DNA from: Bacteroidota bacterium
Lineage (GTDB): Bacteria; Bacteroidota; Bacteroidia; AKYH767-A; OLB10
DNA: 64,000 bases
Direction: 5' to 3'
Assembly: GCA_046303115.1 (NCBI GenBank)
Contig: JBKCGZ010000026.1
Span: 585-64,584 of the forward strand
Part shown: piece by piece, positions 9,589-18,168 of the stretch
Layout: each line of letters begins with the position of its first letter
Numbering within the stretch: the first letter of the stretch is position 1
Made by a program: the position numbers and the translations under genes
Notes under the pieces: model-generated
The model's input: the letters and a program-made list of their open reading frames with translations, nothing else
Databases searched by the model: none
Told to the model about the DNA's origin: nothing

Positions 9589-10509
9589 ATGGCTATACGA
9601 GACATATCTAAAATGAAAAGCATCATAATAATTATGGTGCTTTCGTTTTATTCTATGTGTTCGTTTGCACAGAATGATTCCATCAATTTAAAACAACGAA
9701 AAAAAATAATTATTACTAACGGAGTTCTTTCTTATACTGCTGGTATGACTGGATTATATCAGTTGTGGTATAAGGAATATCCGAGGTCTTCCTTTCATTT
9801 TTTTAATGATATGGATGAATGGCAAAAGCAGGATAAGTTAGGTCATATAGGGTCGGCTTACTATCTCTCTAAATGGTCAGGTGATTTGCTACAATATGCA
9901 GGTTTAGAAAATGACGATGCTGCTTTGTTTGGAGCTTTAAGTGGATTTGGATTTCAATTAACGATTGAAGTTTTTGATGGATTTAGTAGTGAATGGGGTT
10001 TCTCTGCAGGGGATTTAGTAGCTAATACCATTGGTGCTGGATTGTATTATGTGCAACAAAGAGTTTGGAAAGATCAGTTAATCAAATATAAATTTTCTTA
10101 TCATCCTACGGACATTGCGCAGTATGTTCCTTCTTTATTAGGAGAAAATAGTACACAACGATTATTCAAAGATTATAACGGACAAACATATTGGCTGTCA
10201 TTTAATTTACATGGCCTTGTTTTTAAAAATGAAAAATTTCCTGATTGGCTAAACCTGGCAATTGGATATAATGCAAATGGAATGACAGGCGCAAGGGTAA
10301 ATCGAACGACATATAACGGTATTGCAATACCGCAGTATCAGCGGACGTATTCTTTTATTTTATCACCAGATATTGATATTACTAAAATTAAATCTAAGCG
10401 TAAAGCGATTAATTTTATAAAAGAAGCTTTCGGGTTTATTAAGTTTCCGTTGCCGGCAATTCGCTTTAATAAAAGTGGAAGCTTTAATGCAAAAGCTGTT
10501 TATCTGTAA
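9589..10509 (+). CDS. secreted protein, possibly DUF2279-like
   Basis: 306 aa with a signal peptide (MVLSFYSMCSFAQ). The 'WQKQDKLGH' region is reminiscent of DUF2279. This is a weak call. Confidence 0.5.
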   Translation: MAIRDISKMKSIIIIMVLSFYSMCSFAQNDSINLKQRKKIIITNGVLSYTAGMTGLYQLWYKEYPRSSFHFFNDMDEWQKQDKLGHIGSAYYLSKWSGDLLQYAGLENDDAALFGALSGFGFQLTIEVFDGFSSEWGFSAGDLVANTIGAGLYYVQQRVWKDQLIKYKFSYHPTDIAQYVPSLLGENSTQRLFKDYNGQTYWLSFNLHGLVFKNEKFPDWLNLAIGYNANGMTGARVNRTTYNGIAIPQYQRTYSFILSPDIDITKIKSKRKAINFIKEAFGFIKFPLPAIRFNKSGSFNAKAVYL

Positions 10510-11238
10510 TTATTTTTTTCTTGGTTTCTTGTCAGGATTCTCATGAAAATAAAAGCGGACATCTAACGTCAAATAATCACCTTGTAAACTTGTTCTTCCT
10601 GTTGAGGTGGGTGTTTTTGTAAAGTCACGTTGAGGGTAATATTCCACAAGTGTATTGTAGATTGAAGATAGCGAACGATGGTAGCTTGCGCCGATGTAGT
10701 ATGTTCCTTTTTTACCGTTTCGATATTCCCATCCAATATTAGCTAATACGCCCGCATTGATTTTATTTCTTCTAGCTGAGTATTGTAACATGTAAGATGG
10801 CAGGTAAGTAAACACATCAGAAGGAAAGATATCAATTGATCCGCCCATGGCTGCACTCATCCATATTTTTTTATCAAGCTGAATATAAATTAAAGCACTC
10901 AAAGGAATTTCATATCCGACAATTGAAAAATCACTCTGCGAAATAAATGTTGTATCCCGTAATGTTAAATCATAATTACGTTTAACGTAAAGGATACCTG
11001 ATTCTATTGTTAGTTTTTTTGTAACGCCTCTTCGCACTAAAACACCAGTGGTATATCCCGAATGTTGAGCAAGGGTATAATTGATTTTATTATCATCAAA
11101 ATCTTTAGGACCTGTTCTGAAATAACTGCTGGAAAAAATTGGACGGTAGCAAAAGCCAAATTGTGTGGTGTTGATTTGTGCATTACTGCTTGTTGCAACA
11201 AAACAAAAAACAAATAAAAAATACAATTGCTTTTTCAT
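10510..11238 (-). CDS. outer-membrane beta-barrel protein (PorT/OmpW-sized)
   Basis: 242 aa with a signal peptide (FVFCFVATSSNAQ). It shows an alternating amphipathic strand pattern and an aromatic C-terminal strand 'LTLDVRFYFH'. Confidence 0.6.
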   Translation of the reverse strand: MKKQLYFLFVFCFVATSSNAQINTTQFGFCYRPIFSSSYFRTGPKDFDDNKINYTLAQHSGYTTGVLVRRGVTKKLTIESGILYVKRNYDLTLRDTTFISQSDFSIVGYEIPLSALIYIQLDKKIWMSAAMGGSIDIFPSDVFTYLPSYMLQYSARRNKINAGVLANIGWEYRNGKKGTYYIGASYHRSLSSIYNTLVEYYPQRDFTKTPTSTGRTSLQGDYLTLDVRFYFHENPDKKPRKK

Positions 11239-11266
11239 AGCGCAAAAATGCGAAAAAAAATTTCAG

Positions 11267-11857
11267 TTATTGAACTAATTCAAAGGTAATATTAGAAAAA
11301 GCCTGGGTGGATTCCACTTTTTTACAAATCCCTTTCTCATAAGTGTAGATACTGTTTTGTCCGTCGCCAGTTTCTAATAAATACTTATTACCTTCTTTTC
11401 TAAGATTTAAAAACTTGCCATGATTATCAGACCAAATTGTTTTCTGATTTTTAGGCTCAGTAAAATAGAGGTCAGGGACAATTATCGTAATACTATGGTT
11501 GATTGTTGTTGCATCCCCATCTTTATCTTTGAAAATATACTGATTGCCTGTCAAAGTGGTTGTGTTTTCTGTTTGTTTCGCTCCGTTGACTAGCTGGATG
11601 AGTTTGGATGATTTTAATTTCCCATTCTCTACTATTGATTTCAAATCGTATTTAACTTCAACCGTAAATAACATAGTGGTTTTAATACTTGATTGTATAG
11701 TATAGGTAAAGTTATTTTTCTTCCCTGATTTATTAGCTATAAGAGTTCCGCTATCTTTCCCATCTACTTTCACCCTGTAAATTAGTTTTTGTGCTGATGC
11801 TATATGAGTAGCAAGGCAGAGCATGATTGTCAGAAGTTTAATATTCAGTTTGTACAT
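11267..11857 (-). CDS. secreted hypothetical protein
   Basis: 196 aa with a signal peptide (IMLCLATHIASAQ). No family recognised. Confidence 0.55.
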   Translation of the reverse strand: MYKLNIKLLTIMLCLATHIASAQKLIYRVKVDGKDSGTLIANKSGKKNNFTYTIQSSIKTTMLFTVEVKYDLKSIVENGKLKSSKLIQLVNGAKQTENTTTLTGNQYIFKDKDGDATTINHSITIIVPDLYFTEPKNQKTIWSDNHGKFLNLRKEGNKYLLETGDGQNSIYTYEKGICKKVESTQAFSNITFELVQ

Positions 11858-11867
11858 ACTATCAAAT

Positions 11868-11900
11868 AAAAAGAGCCGCTACATTGTAACGGCTCTTTTA
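11868..11900 (-). terminator. rho-independent terminator after the T9SS esterase gene
   Basis: Stem agagccg / cggctct with an 11-nt loop. A T-run follows on the minus strand. Confidence 0.65.
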
Positions 11901-11913
11901 GTTATTTTATTGA

Positions 11914-13458
11914 TTAATTGAAAATTAATTTTCCAGTAGCTTCTCCTTTGTCAAATGTTGTTCGAATAATGTAAACACCTGCATCTAGTTTATTTCTTTC
12001 GATAGTAAACTGACGATTGTTGACACCTTCAACATTTAAAACTAAGTTTCCTAAAATGTCATAAACTTTTACGTTTCTGATATCACCTGCTAACATATCT
12101 GCAAAAATAGTAGTTGTAGATTGTGCTGGATTCGGACTAACACGAACGTTTGAAGAAAGATTCTCCAAATAGTTAATGCTCGTTGTTAAACCTAAACAAG
12201 TTACGATACGAGGATTTACATAACCCATGATGGTATCGATATAAGCAGTTGCTTTTGCTTTCGACATATCAGGGTTTGTTAAAAGAGCATTTTGATATAC
12301 CGCTGTTCCTTGTGCCGCAGGGTATCCTAAGAATTGAGCAACCGCAACAGTCGTTGTTGAATCGTACCAATCCCATGGACCTGATTGAGGATTTGTCGCT
12401 GTATAGAACGGATAAAGTCCTTCAATACCGCCATTAACAGATGCTGCATACGTTGATAATGCATCATTGAAGTTTGCATTGATCATACAGTTGTTGTTTC
12501 CAAGTAATTCAGACTTTTGCGCAACAATTGAACTTCCTGAAACGTCTACTACGAAATCACCAGTAGTAGGTACGATAACCGCACCATTACCATAAGGAGC
12601 AAATGGATCACTCACTACGTGAAATCCTACAATTGGACAATCACCAGCTTCTAACCATGATGAATCGCCTAATGCACCTCCCATATTAAATACGAAATCT
12701 ACATCTGAAGTGTAACCTGGGTTGTTGTTTGGATTGTTTAATAGAGGAATTCCTCCAAAGCCATCAAAGTCGCCAATTAATGCTTGATTTACATAACTCT
12801 GGCCAGCTACAAAACCATAAGTAGCATTAGTGGTTTGAGCAAGGAATTTTGGTAAGTTGATTTCTATTGTTTTGTCTACAGTGGCACATGCTAAAGCAAC
12901 ATAACCACCGCTTCCGTATCCGCCCATAATGATTTTTGTTGTGTCAATTCCGTAAGTAGACGCGTTTGCTTTAAAGAAACGAACACTTGATTTCGCATCT
13001 TGCATGGCACGGTAAACAGCTTGCAATAATGTTCCTGTTCTGATATCTTGTCCAGCAGCACCTGTAGCAGCAGGGTTCCATCCTAAACGGTAAGAAACAG
13101 CAGCAGCTACATAACCACGTTTAGCTAATTCCGTACATGTGAAAACGATATTGCTATCTCTTCTTCCTCCATTAGGGGAGCCATTAATTACTGGAGGTAA
13201 AAAGCTTCCCGTATGTAAAATAATTACAAGCGGGCGTTGAGATAATGGATCAGTTGCTCCAGCAGGTTGATAAACATCTGCTTTAAGGTCAACTGCTGTT
13301 GGAGTGCCTGTTAAAACCTGGATATTGTTTGCGTAAACAACGTCAGGAGTAACGGATGCTGATGGGAATATTGGCGACAAATAGCGTTGTGCCATAGCTC
13401 CATGAAAGCATAAAGCTGGTAACGTTAATACAAGTAAGAATTGTAGTAGTTTTTTCAT
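11914..13458 (-). CDS. alpha/beta-hydrolase (esterase-like) with type-A T9SS C-terminal sorting domain
   Basis: The start is moved to ATG 13458 (MKKLLQFLLVLTLPALCFHGAMAQ). It has a hydrolase-like core ('LVIILHTGSF', 'IIMGGYGSGGYVAL'). The last ~75 aa read 'VSPNPA..VKVYDILGNLV..LDAGVYIIR'. Confidence 0.8.
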   Translation of the reverse strand: MKKLLQFLLVLTLPALCFHGAMAQRYLSPIFPSASVTPDVVYANNIQVLTGTPTAVDLKADVYQPAGATDPLSQRPLVIILHTGSFLPPVINGSPNGGRRDSNIVFTCTELAKRGYVAAAVSYRLGWNPAATGAAGQDIRTGTLLQAVYRAMQDAKSSVRFFKANASTYGIDTTKIIMGGYGSGGYVALACATVDKTIEINLPKFLAQTTNATYGFVAGQSYVNQALIGDFDGFGGIPLLNNPNNNPGYTSDVDFVFNMGGALGDSSWLEAGDCPIVGFHVVSDPFAPYGNGAVIVPTTGDFVVDVSGSSIVAQKSELLGNNNCMINANFNDALSTYAASVNGGIEGLYPFYTATNPQSGPWDWYDSTTTVAVAQFLGYPAAQGTAVYQNALLTNPDMSKAKATAYIDTIMGYVNPRIVTCLGLTTSINYLENLSSNVRVSPNPAQSTTTIFADMLAGDIRNVKVYDILGNLVLNVEGVNNRQFTIERNKLDAGVYIIRTTFDKGEATGKLIFN

Positions 13459-13570
13459 AGAAAGATTTTTTAGGTTTTGTGTAAAAATAAACACTTATTC
13501 CGATTTTCATAGTATTGTAAAAAAAACTTATAAGGATTTTACCTTTAATAAATGGCGTTGAGTAATGTTG

Positions 13571-13578
13571 TAAATTTG
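13571..13578 (+). promoter_or_regulatory. candidate -7 box (TAAATTTG) ending 4 nt before ATG 13583
   Basis: The sequence is TAAATTTG-ccct-ATG, the same N4 register as at 4380, 52314, 53787 and 55111. Confidence 0.4.
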
Positions 13579-13582
13579 CCCT

Positions 13583-15247
13583 ATGTTGGTCCGAACAATA
13601 TCGCTTATGCAAAGGTCATTTTTGATGATGATTCTTATGGTGGCTTTTTTATCGGATTCTTTCGGGCAGTGTATTTCAATTTTTCCCTACAACGAGAATT
13701 TTGAAAATTCAAACGGTAATTGGACTGCTGGTGGGACCAATAGCGATTGGGCTTGGGGTACTCCAGTTAAAACAACTATAAATTCAGCATCTTCTGGAGC
13801 TAAATGCTGGATTAGCGGCAATTTATCAGGTAACTCGTATAATGGAGGTGAGAAATCATTTGTGGAAAGTCCTTGTTTTGACTTTACTTCTTTGATAAAT
13901 CCGATAATTAAATTTTCAATTTTTTGGGATACAGAACGACAATACGACGGTGGCAGCTTCCAATTCTCAATTAACAATGGCCAAACTTGGTCGAATGTTG
14001 GAAACTCGAATGATCCATCAGATTGTTATAATAAGAATTGGTTTAATAGCTCAAACATTACTAATCTTAGCGGATTAGCGTCTCCAACTCATGGCTGGTC
14101 GGGGAATCTGCAAAATAGTTCTGGAGGATGTTTGGGTGGAAATGGAAGTGGACAGTGGGTAGAAGCTTCGCACTGTATTGGTTTTTTAGCTGGGAAACCC
14201 TCCGTTAAATTTCGTTTTATTTTTGGTTCTGGCACCACTTGTAACAATTACGACGGGATTGCATTCGATGATTTTTTTATTGGTGAAATTCTAGAGCCAA
14301 TTTATGATTTTCAATTTAATTGTACTGGAAATAATATCGTAGACTTTGCTGCTACATCAACAGATTGTCCTGCTTCTTACGCGTGGAATTTTGATGACGT
14401 TAATTCATCCAACAATATAGGTTCAGGAGCATCAGTTTCTCATATCTTTTCAGCACCAGGTAGTTATAATGTTAGCTTAACAATAACGTATCCATGTATT
14501 GGAACTCGAGTTATAAATAAACAGGTAATAATTCCTGAATTAATCGTTACGACTTCAGACGTAACTTGTCTTGATGATTCTAATGGAACGGCTATGGTTA
14601 CTGTTAGTTTAGTGAATAATCCTATGATAAAGTGGTTGCCATCGGGCAGTACAGGTAGTAGTATTGATAGCTTGTTTCCTGGTCAATATTTTGTAACCAT
14701 CTTAGGAGCTACGGGATTGTGTGAGACGACAAAGCCATTTACAATTGGTGTTGGTCCCGATGCAGATCCTAAAGTTAATATAGGAGGTTTGATAAAAATT
14801 TGTCCTGGTGATGCGGTTAAATTAAATGCAGGAAATTTTAATAAATACTCATGGAATACAGGTGATACAACATCGTTTATCGTGGTTTCTGACTCAGGTT
14901 TTTATTCTGTATTAGTAGAAAATGCTTCAGGATGTACTGCAAGCGATTCAGCTCAAATAGTAGTTGGTTGCGGAAATAATCTTTGGTTCCCTTCTGCATT
15001 TACACCAGATGAAGACGGAGTTAATGATTTATTCTTGGGGTATGGAAATGATGTTAATGAATATCAGCTCATCATATTTAATCGAATGGGACAAGTTGTG
15101 TTTGAAACGAAGGATGTTTCAAAGGGATGGGATGGAATGGTAGAAGGAGTACCCTCGCAAATTGGGGTTTACGGATATACGGTGCGTTATAAATTTGATA
15201 ATGCTGATAGTATTAGAAAAAGAGGTATTTTTACTTTAATAAGATAG
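13583..15247 (+). CDS. cell-surface protein with type-B T9SS (gliding-motility-associated) C-terminal domain
   Basis: 554 aa with a signal peptide. It has an N-terminal 'NENFENSNGNWTAGGTNSDWAWGTP' MAM/choice-of-anchor-like domain and a PKD-like segment ('SYAWNFDD...GSYNVSLTITY'). The C-terminus reads 'LWFPSAFTPDEDGVNDLF...GWDG...GVYGY'. An alternative start is ATG 13607. Confidence 0.85.
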   Translation: MLVRTISLMQRSFLMMILMVAFLSDSFGQCISIFPYNENFENSNGNWTAGGTNSDWAWGTPVKTTINSASSGAKCWISGNLSGNSYNGGEKSFVESPCFDFTSLINPIIKFSIFWDTERQYDGGSFQFSINNGQTWSNVGNSNDPSDCYNKNWFNSSNITNLSGLASPTHGWSGNLQNSSGGCLGGNGSGQWVEASHCIGFLAGKPSVKFRFIFGSGTTCNNYDGIAFDDFFIGEILEPIYDFQFNCTGNNIVDFAATSTDCPASYAWNFDDVNSSNNIGSGASVSHIFSAPGSYNVSLTITYPCIGTRVINKQVIIPELIVTTSDVTCLDDSNGTAMVTVSLVNNPMIKWLPSGSTGSSIDSLFPGQYFVTILGATGLCETTKPFTIGVGPDADPKVNIGGLIKICPGDAVKLNAGNFNKYSWNTGDTTSFIVVSDSGFYSVLVENASGCTASDSAQIVVGCGNNLWFPSAFTPDEDGVNDLFLGYGNDVNEYQLIIFNRMGQVVFETKDVSKGWDGMVEGVPSQIGVYGYTVRYKFDNADSIRKRGIFTLIR

Positions 15248-15250
15248 ATT

Positions 15251-16030
15251 ATGAAAAAGAGATTAATTTATGTAGTTGTTGCTTTATGTACAATGTTATT
15301 TGTATCATGCGACAAAAATGAAACAAGCGATCCTAATGGAAACACAATACTTCCTGGAACACTCAGTGTAGAGTTTGTCAATAAGGTGGATAATCAAGAC
15401 TTGGATATAACAGGGAATACCAATTATATTAATTCTTTAGGAGAAGAGTTTTCGGTGAATGTTTTTAAGTATTACATCACCAATATTCGATTAATTAAAC
15501 CTGATAGCTCCAAATATTATCTTCCAGAAACATATTGGTTGGTCGATGCGGAAAAGCCACTTTCATTCTTGAATAAGCTTAATAATGTTGCGGCCGGAAA
15601 ATACATTGGGGTGGAATTTATGATTGGTGTTGATAGTGCGACGCTTGCTAAGGGTGTGCAGGGTGGCGCTCTAGATCCGAGTAACGGAATGGTTTGGAGC
15701 TGGACAACTGGGTATATATTCGTGAAGATGGAAGGGCGTTGTCCTACGGCAGGAACTGATAGTCTGTTTCAATATCACATAAGTGGCTATCATGATTATG
15801 ATGGTACTAATTCGTTAAGATGGTCGACTGTGTATTTTAATGGTCAAACAATCGATGTAAATAAGTCGTTAAATACAAAAATTCAAATTAAGACAGACGT
15901 TCAGGAGTTCTTTAAAAATCCTAACGATTGGAGTATATCTGATATGCCTAATGTTACTTCACCGGGCCATTTGCCTCCGATTATTGCTGATAATTATAAG
16001 GATATGTTTTCGTTTATCCGAGTTAATTAG
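15251..16030 (+). CDS. MbnP-like lipoprotein, copy 1
   Basis: 259 aa with a lipobox (LFVSC|DKNE). Shared blocks are 'GEEFSVNVFKYYITNIRLIK', 'GKYIGVEFMIGVDS', 'GALDPSNGMVWSWTTGYIFVKMEG' and 'NYKDMFSF'. It starts 3 nt after the upstream stop. Confidence 0.7.
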   Translation: MKKRLIYVVVALCTMLFVSCDKNETSDPNGNTILPGTLSVEFVNKVDNQDLDITGNTNYINSLGEEFSVNVFKYYITNIRLIKPDSSKYYLPETYWLVDAEKPLSFLNKLNNVAAGKYIGVEFMIGVDSATLAKGVQGGALDPSNGMVWSWTTGYIFVKMEGRCPTAGTDSLFQYHISGYHDYDGTNSLRWSTVYFNGQTIDVNKSLNTKIQIKTDVQEFFKNPNDWSISDMPNVTSPGHLPPIIADNYKDMFSFIRVN

Positions 16031-16069
16031 AAATGTTTGATAATTGTCATGATTACGATTAATTAAAAC

Positions 16070-16102
16070 TTTGCACATTTGAATTTGTTGAACTTATATT
16101 TG
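16070..16102 (+). promoter_or_regulatory. candidate promoter (TTTG-N21-TATATTTG) for MbnP-like copy 2
   Basis: TTTG lies at 16070-16073. After a 21-nt spacer, TATATTTG lies at 16095-16102. The ATG follows 50 nt downstream. Confidence 0.45.
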
Positions 16103-16152
16103 CAAATAGAGTTACCACAGAAAAGTAGAAACAAAACATCTAACTAAAAATT

Positions 16153-16956
16153 ATGAAAAACAGAATCATTAATCTCGTCTTAGCGTCTTTCATTGTTCTC
16201 AACTTTGTTTCTTGTGACGACGATGATACAACACCGCCATCAAACGGAGGAGGAGGCTCAACAACTTATAACGCTGGAGATGTAAGTCTAGAATTTCAAA
16301 ATATTGCAGGATCTGTTTTCCTTGATCCAACTGGGGCGACAAATTATGTGAACTCTTCAGGAGAAACTTTTTCAGTGACCAATTTTAAATACTACATATC
16401 AAATGTCAAATTGATAAAAGATGATGGGACAAAATACGTAGTTCCAAACTCTTATTATTTAATTAATGCGAATGATACAAACACGTTAAAAGTTAATTTG
16501 GCTAATATCCCAGGAGGTAAATACACAGGAGTGGAGTATATGATTGGCGTGGATAGTACAAGAAATGTTTCCGGTGCTCAGACCGGAGCTTTAGATCCTG
16601 CAAATGGTATGTTTTGGAGTTGGAATCAAGGGTATATTTTCTTAAAGCTAGAAGGCAACTCTCCTGCAGCAAATAATAATTATTTTGAATTCCATATTGG
16701 TGGATTCATTGGCGCTAATAGTACATTACGCACTACGTCAATTGATTTTAGTCCATCAATTCTGGTAGTTGATGGAGGTAAGCGTGATGCAGAAATACAC
16801 ATCTTGGCTGATGTGCTGGAAATATTTAAAAATCCTGTTAATTGGACCATAACAGGTCATTCAGCTGTAACAATGCCAGGGGTAAATGCATCTACTGTTG
16901 CAACAAATTATGCTGATATGTTCTCATTTGACCATATACATAACGACCCACTTTAA
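16153..16956 (+). CDS. MbnP-like lipoprotein, copy 2
   Basis: 267 aa with a lipobox (NFVSC|DDDDTTPPSNGGGGS). Blocks paralogous to copy 1 are 'GETFSVTNFKYYISNVKLIK', 'GKYTGVEYMIGVDS', 'GALDPANGMFWSWNQGYIFLKLEG' and 'NYADMFSFDHIHN'. Confidence 0.7.
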   Translation: MKNRIINLVLASFIVLNFVSCDDDDTTPPSNGGGGSTTYNAGDVSLEFQNIAGSVFLDPTGATNYVNSSGETFSVTNFKYYISNVKLIKDDGTKYVVPNSYYLINANDTNTLKVNLANIPGGKYTGVEYMIGVDSTRNVSGAQTGALDPANGMFWSWNQGYIFLKLEGNSPAANNNYFEFHIGGFIGANSTLRTTSIDFSPSILVVDGGKRDAEIHILADVLEIFKNPVNWTITGHSAVTMPGVNASTVATNYADMFSFDHIHNDPL

Positions 16957-17007
16957 TTACAAATAAATTTAGCCGAGGTGAACATCATTTCCGAAGGTAG
17001 TTTAAAA

Positions 17008-18039
17008 ATGAAATTAAATTTTAAACATAAATTAATATCTTTTCTATCCATAATTGTGATGGTGCATTCTTGTGTGCCTGATGTTGATCCTCCAGTAACT
17101 CAACCATTGTTTTATCAGCCTGATGGATTTCCAGCTCCATCAGGTCAGCTAGCAAATAACCCAGTTACTTATTACGGTTTCAGCCTTGGAAAGAAATTGT
17201 TTTATGACCCCATATTATCAGTTGATAGTACTGTTTCGTGTGGGACATGTCATCAGCAATGGGCCGCATTTGCAAATCTGGATCATAAATTAAGTCACGG
17301 GATAAATGATTTAGAAGGCACTCGTAATTCGCCACCATTATTTAATCTTGCATGGCATTCTAATTTTTTCTGGGACGGCGGCTCTACGCATATCGAGATG
17401 CAACCGATTGGCCCTATTACAAATCCGGTAGAGATGAATGAGTCGCTGCCAAACGCATTAATGAAGCTTCAGCGATCTTCGTATTACCCCGCAATGTTTA
17501 AAAAAGCATTTGGAAGCGATTCAATTACGACGCAGTCAATGACAAGAGCGCTTGCTCAGTTTATGTCATCATTAATCTCTGCTAATTCAAAATACGATAA
17601 GGTTAAAGCTGGTACCGCTACTTTTACGGTTGACGAACAAAATGGATACATGCTTTTCAAAGCAAAGTGTGAGAGCTGTCATAAAGAACCTTTAATGACC
17701 GATTTGACATACCGTAACAACGGACTTGATTTACATTTTGCGGCTGATCCTGGCAGAGCGCATATTACACTTCAGCCAAGCGACTCAGGAAAGTTTAAAG
17801 TACCATCTTTGAGAAATATTGCCGTCTCCTATCCATATATGCATGATGGAAGATTGAATTCGCTAAGCAAGGTGATAGATCATTACAGATCAGGAATAGT
17901 TCTAAGTAGCACTATAGATCCTCTGCTTTCAAGTGGCAATATTTCAATTACTGATGCTGAAAAACAGCAAATAATACTTTTCTTAAATACACTTACAGAT
18001 CCTACTTTTTTAAACGACAAGCGATTTAGCGAAAAGTAA
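17008..18039 (+). CDS. di-haem cytochrome c peroxidase family protein (MbnH/MauG-like)
   Basis: The start is taken at ATG 17008 (MKLNFKHKLISFLSIIVMVHSC, lipobox-like). The track start is GTG 16978. Two haem-c motifs are present, CGTCH (17239-17253) and CESCH (17668-17682). 'PSLRNI..T.PYMHDG' is CCP-like. Confidence 0.85.
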   Translation: MKLNFKHKLISFLSIIVMVHSCVPDVDPPVTQPLFYQPDGFPAPSGQLANNPVTYYGFSLGKKLFYDPILSVDSTVSCGTCHQQWAAFANLDHKLSHGINDLEGTRNSPPLFNLAWHSNFFWDGGSTHIEMQPIGPITNPVEMNESLPNALMKLQRSSYYPAMFKKAFGSDSITTQSMTRALAQFMSSLISANSKYDKVKAGTATFTVDEQNGYMLFKAKCESCHKEPLMTDLTYRNNGLDLHFAADPGRAHITLQPSDSGKFKVPSLRNIAVSYPYMHDGRLNSLSKVIDHYRSGIVLSSTIDPLLSSGNISITDAEKQQIILFLNTLTDPTFLNDKRFSEK

Positions 18040-18168
18040 CTCTTCTATTTTGTTATTGATTTGTAAAAGCATCTTATTTTGGAATTCAAATCGATTGTAT
18101 TATCTAGTTCATTTTGGATTGATTAATAGTGATTTTGCATTTATCTCTAAATGTATTTAATATACTAT

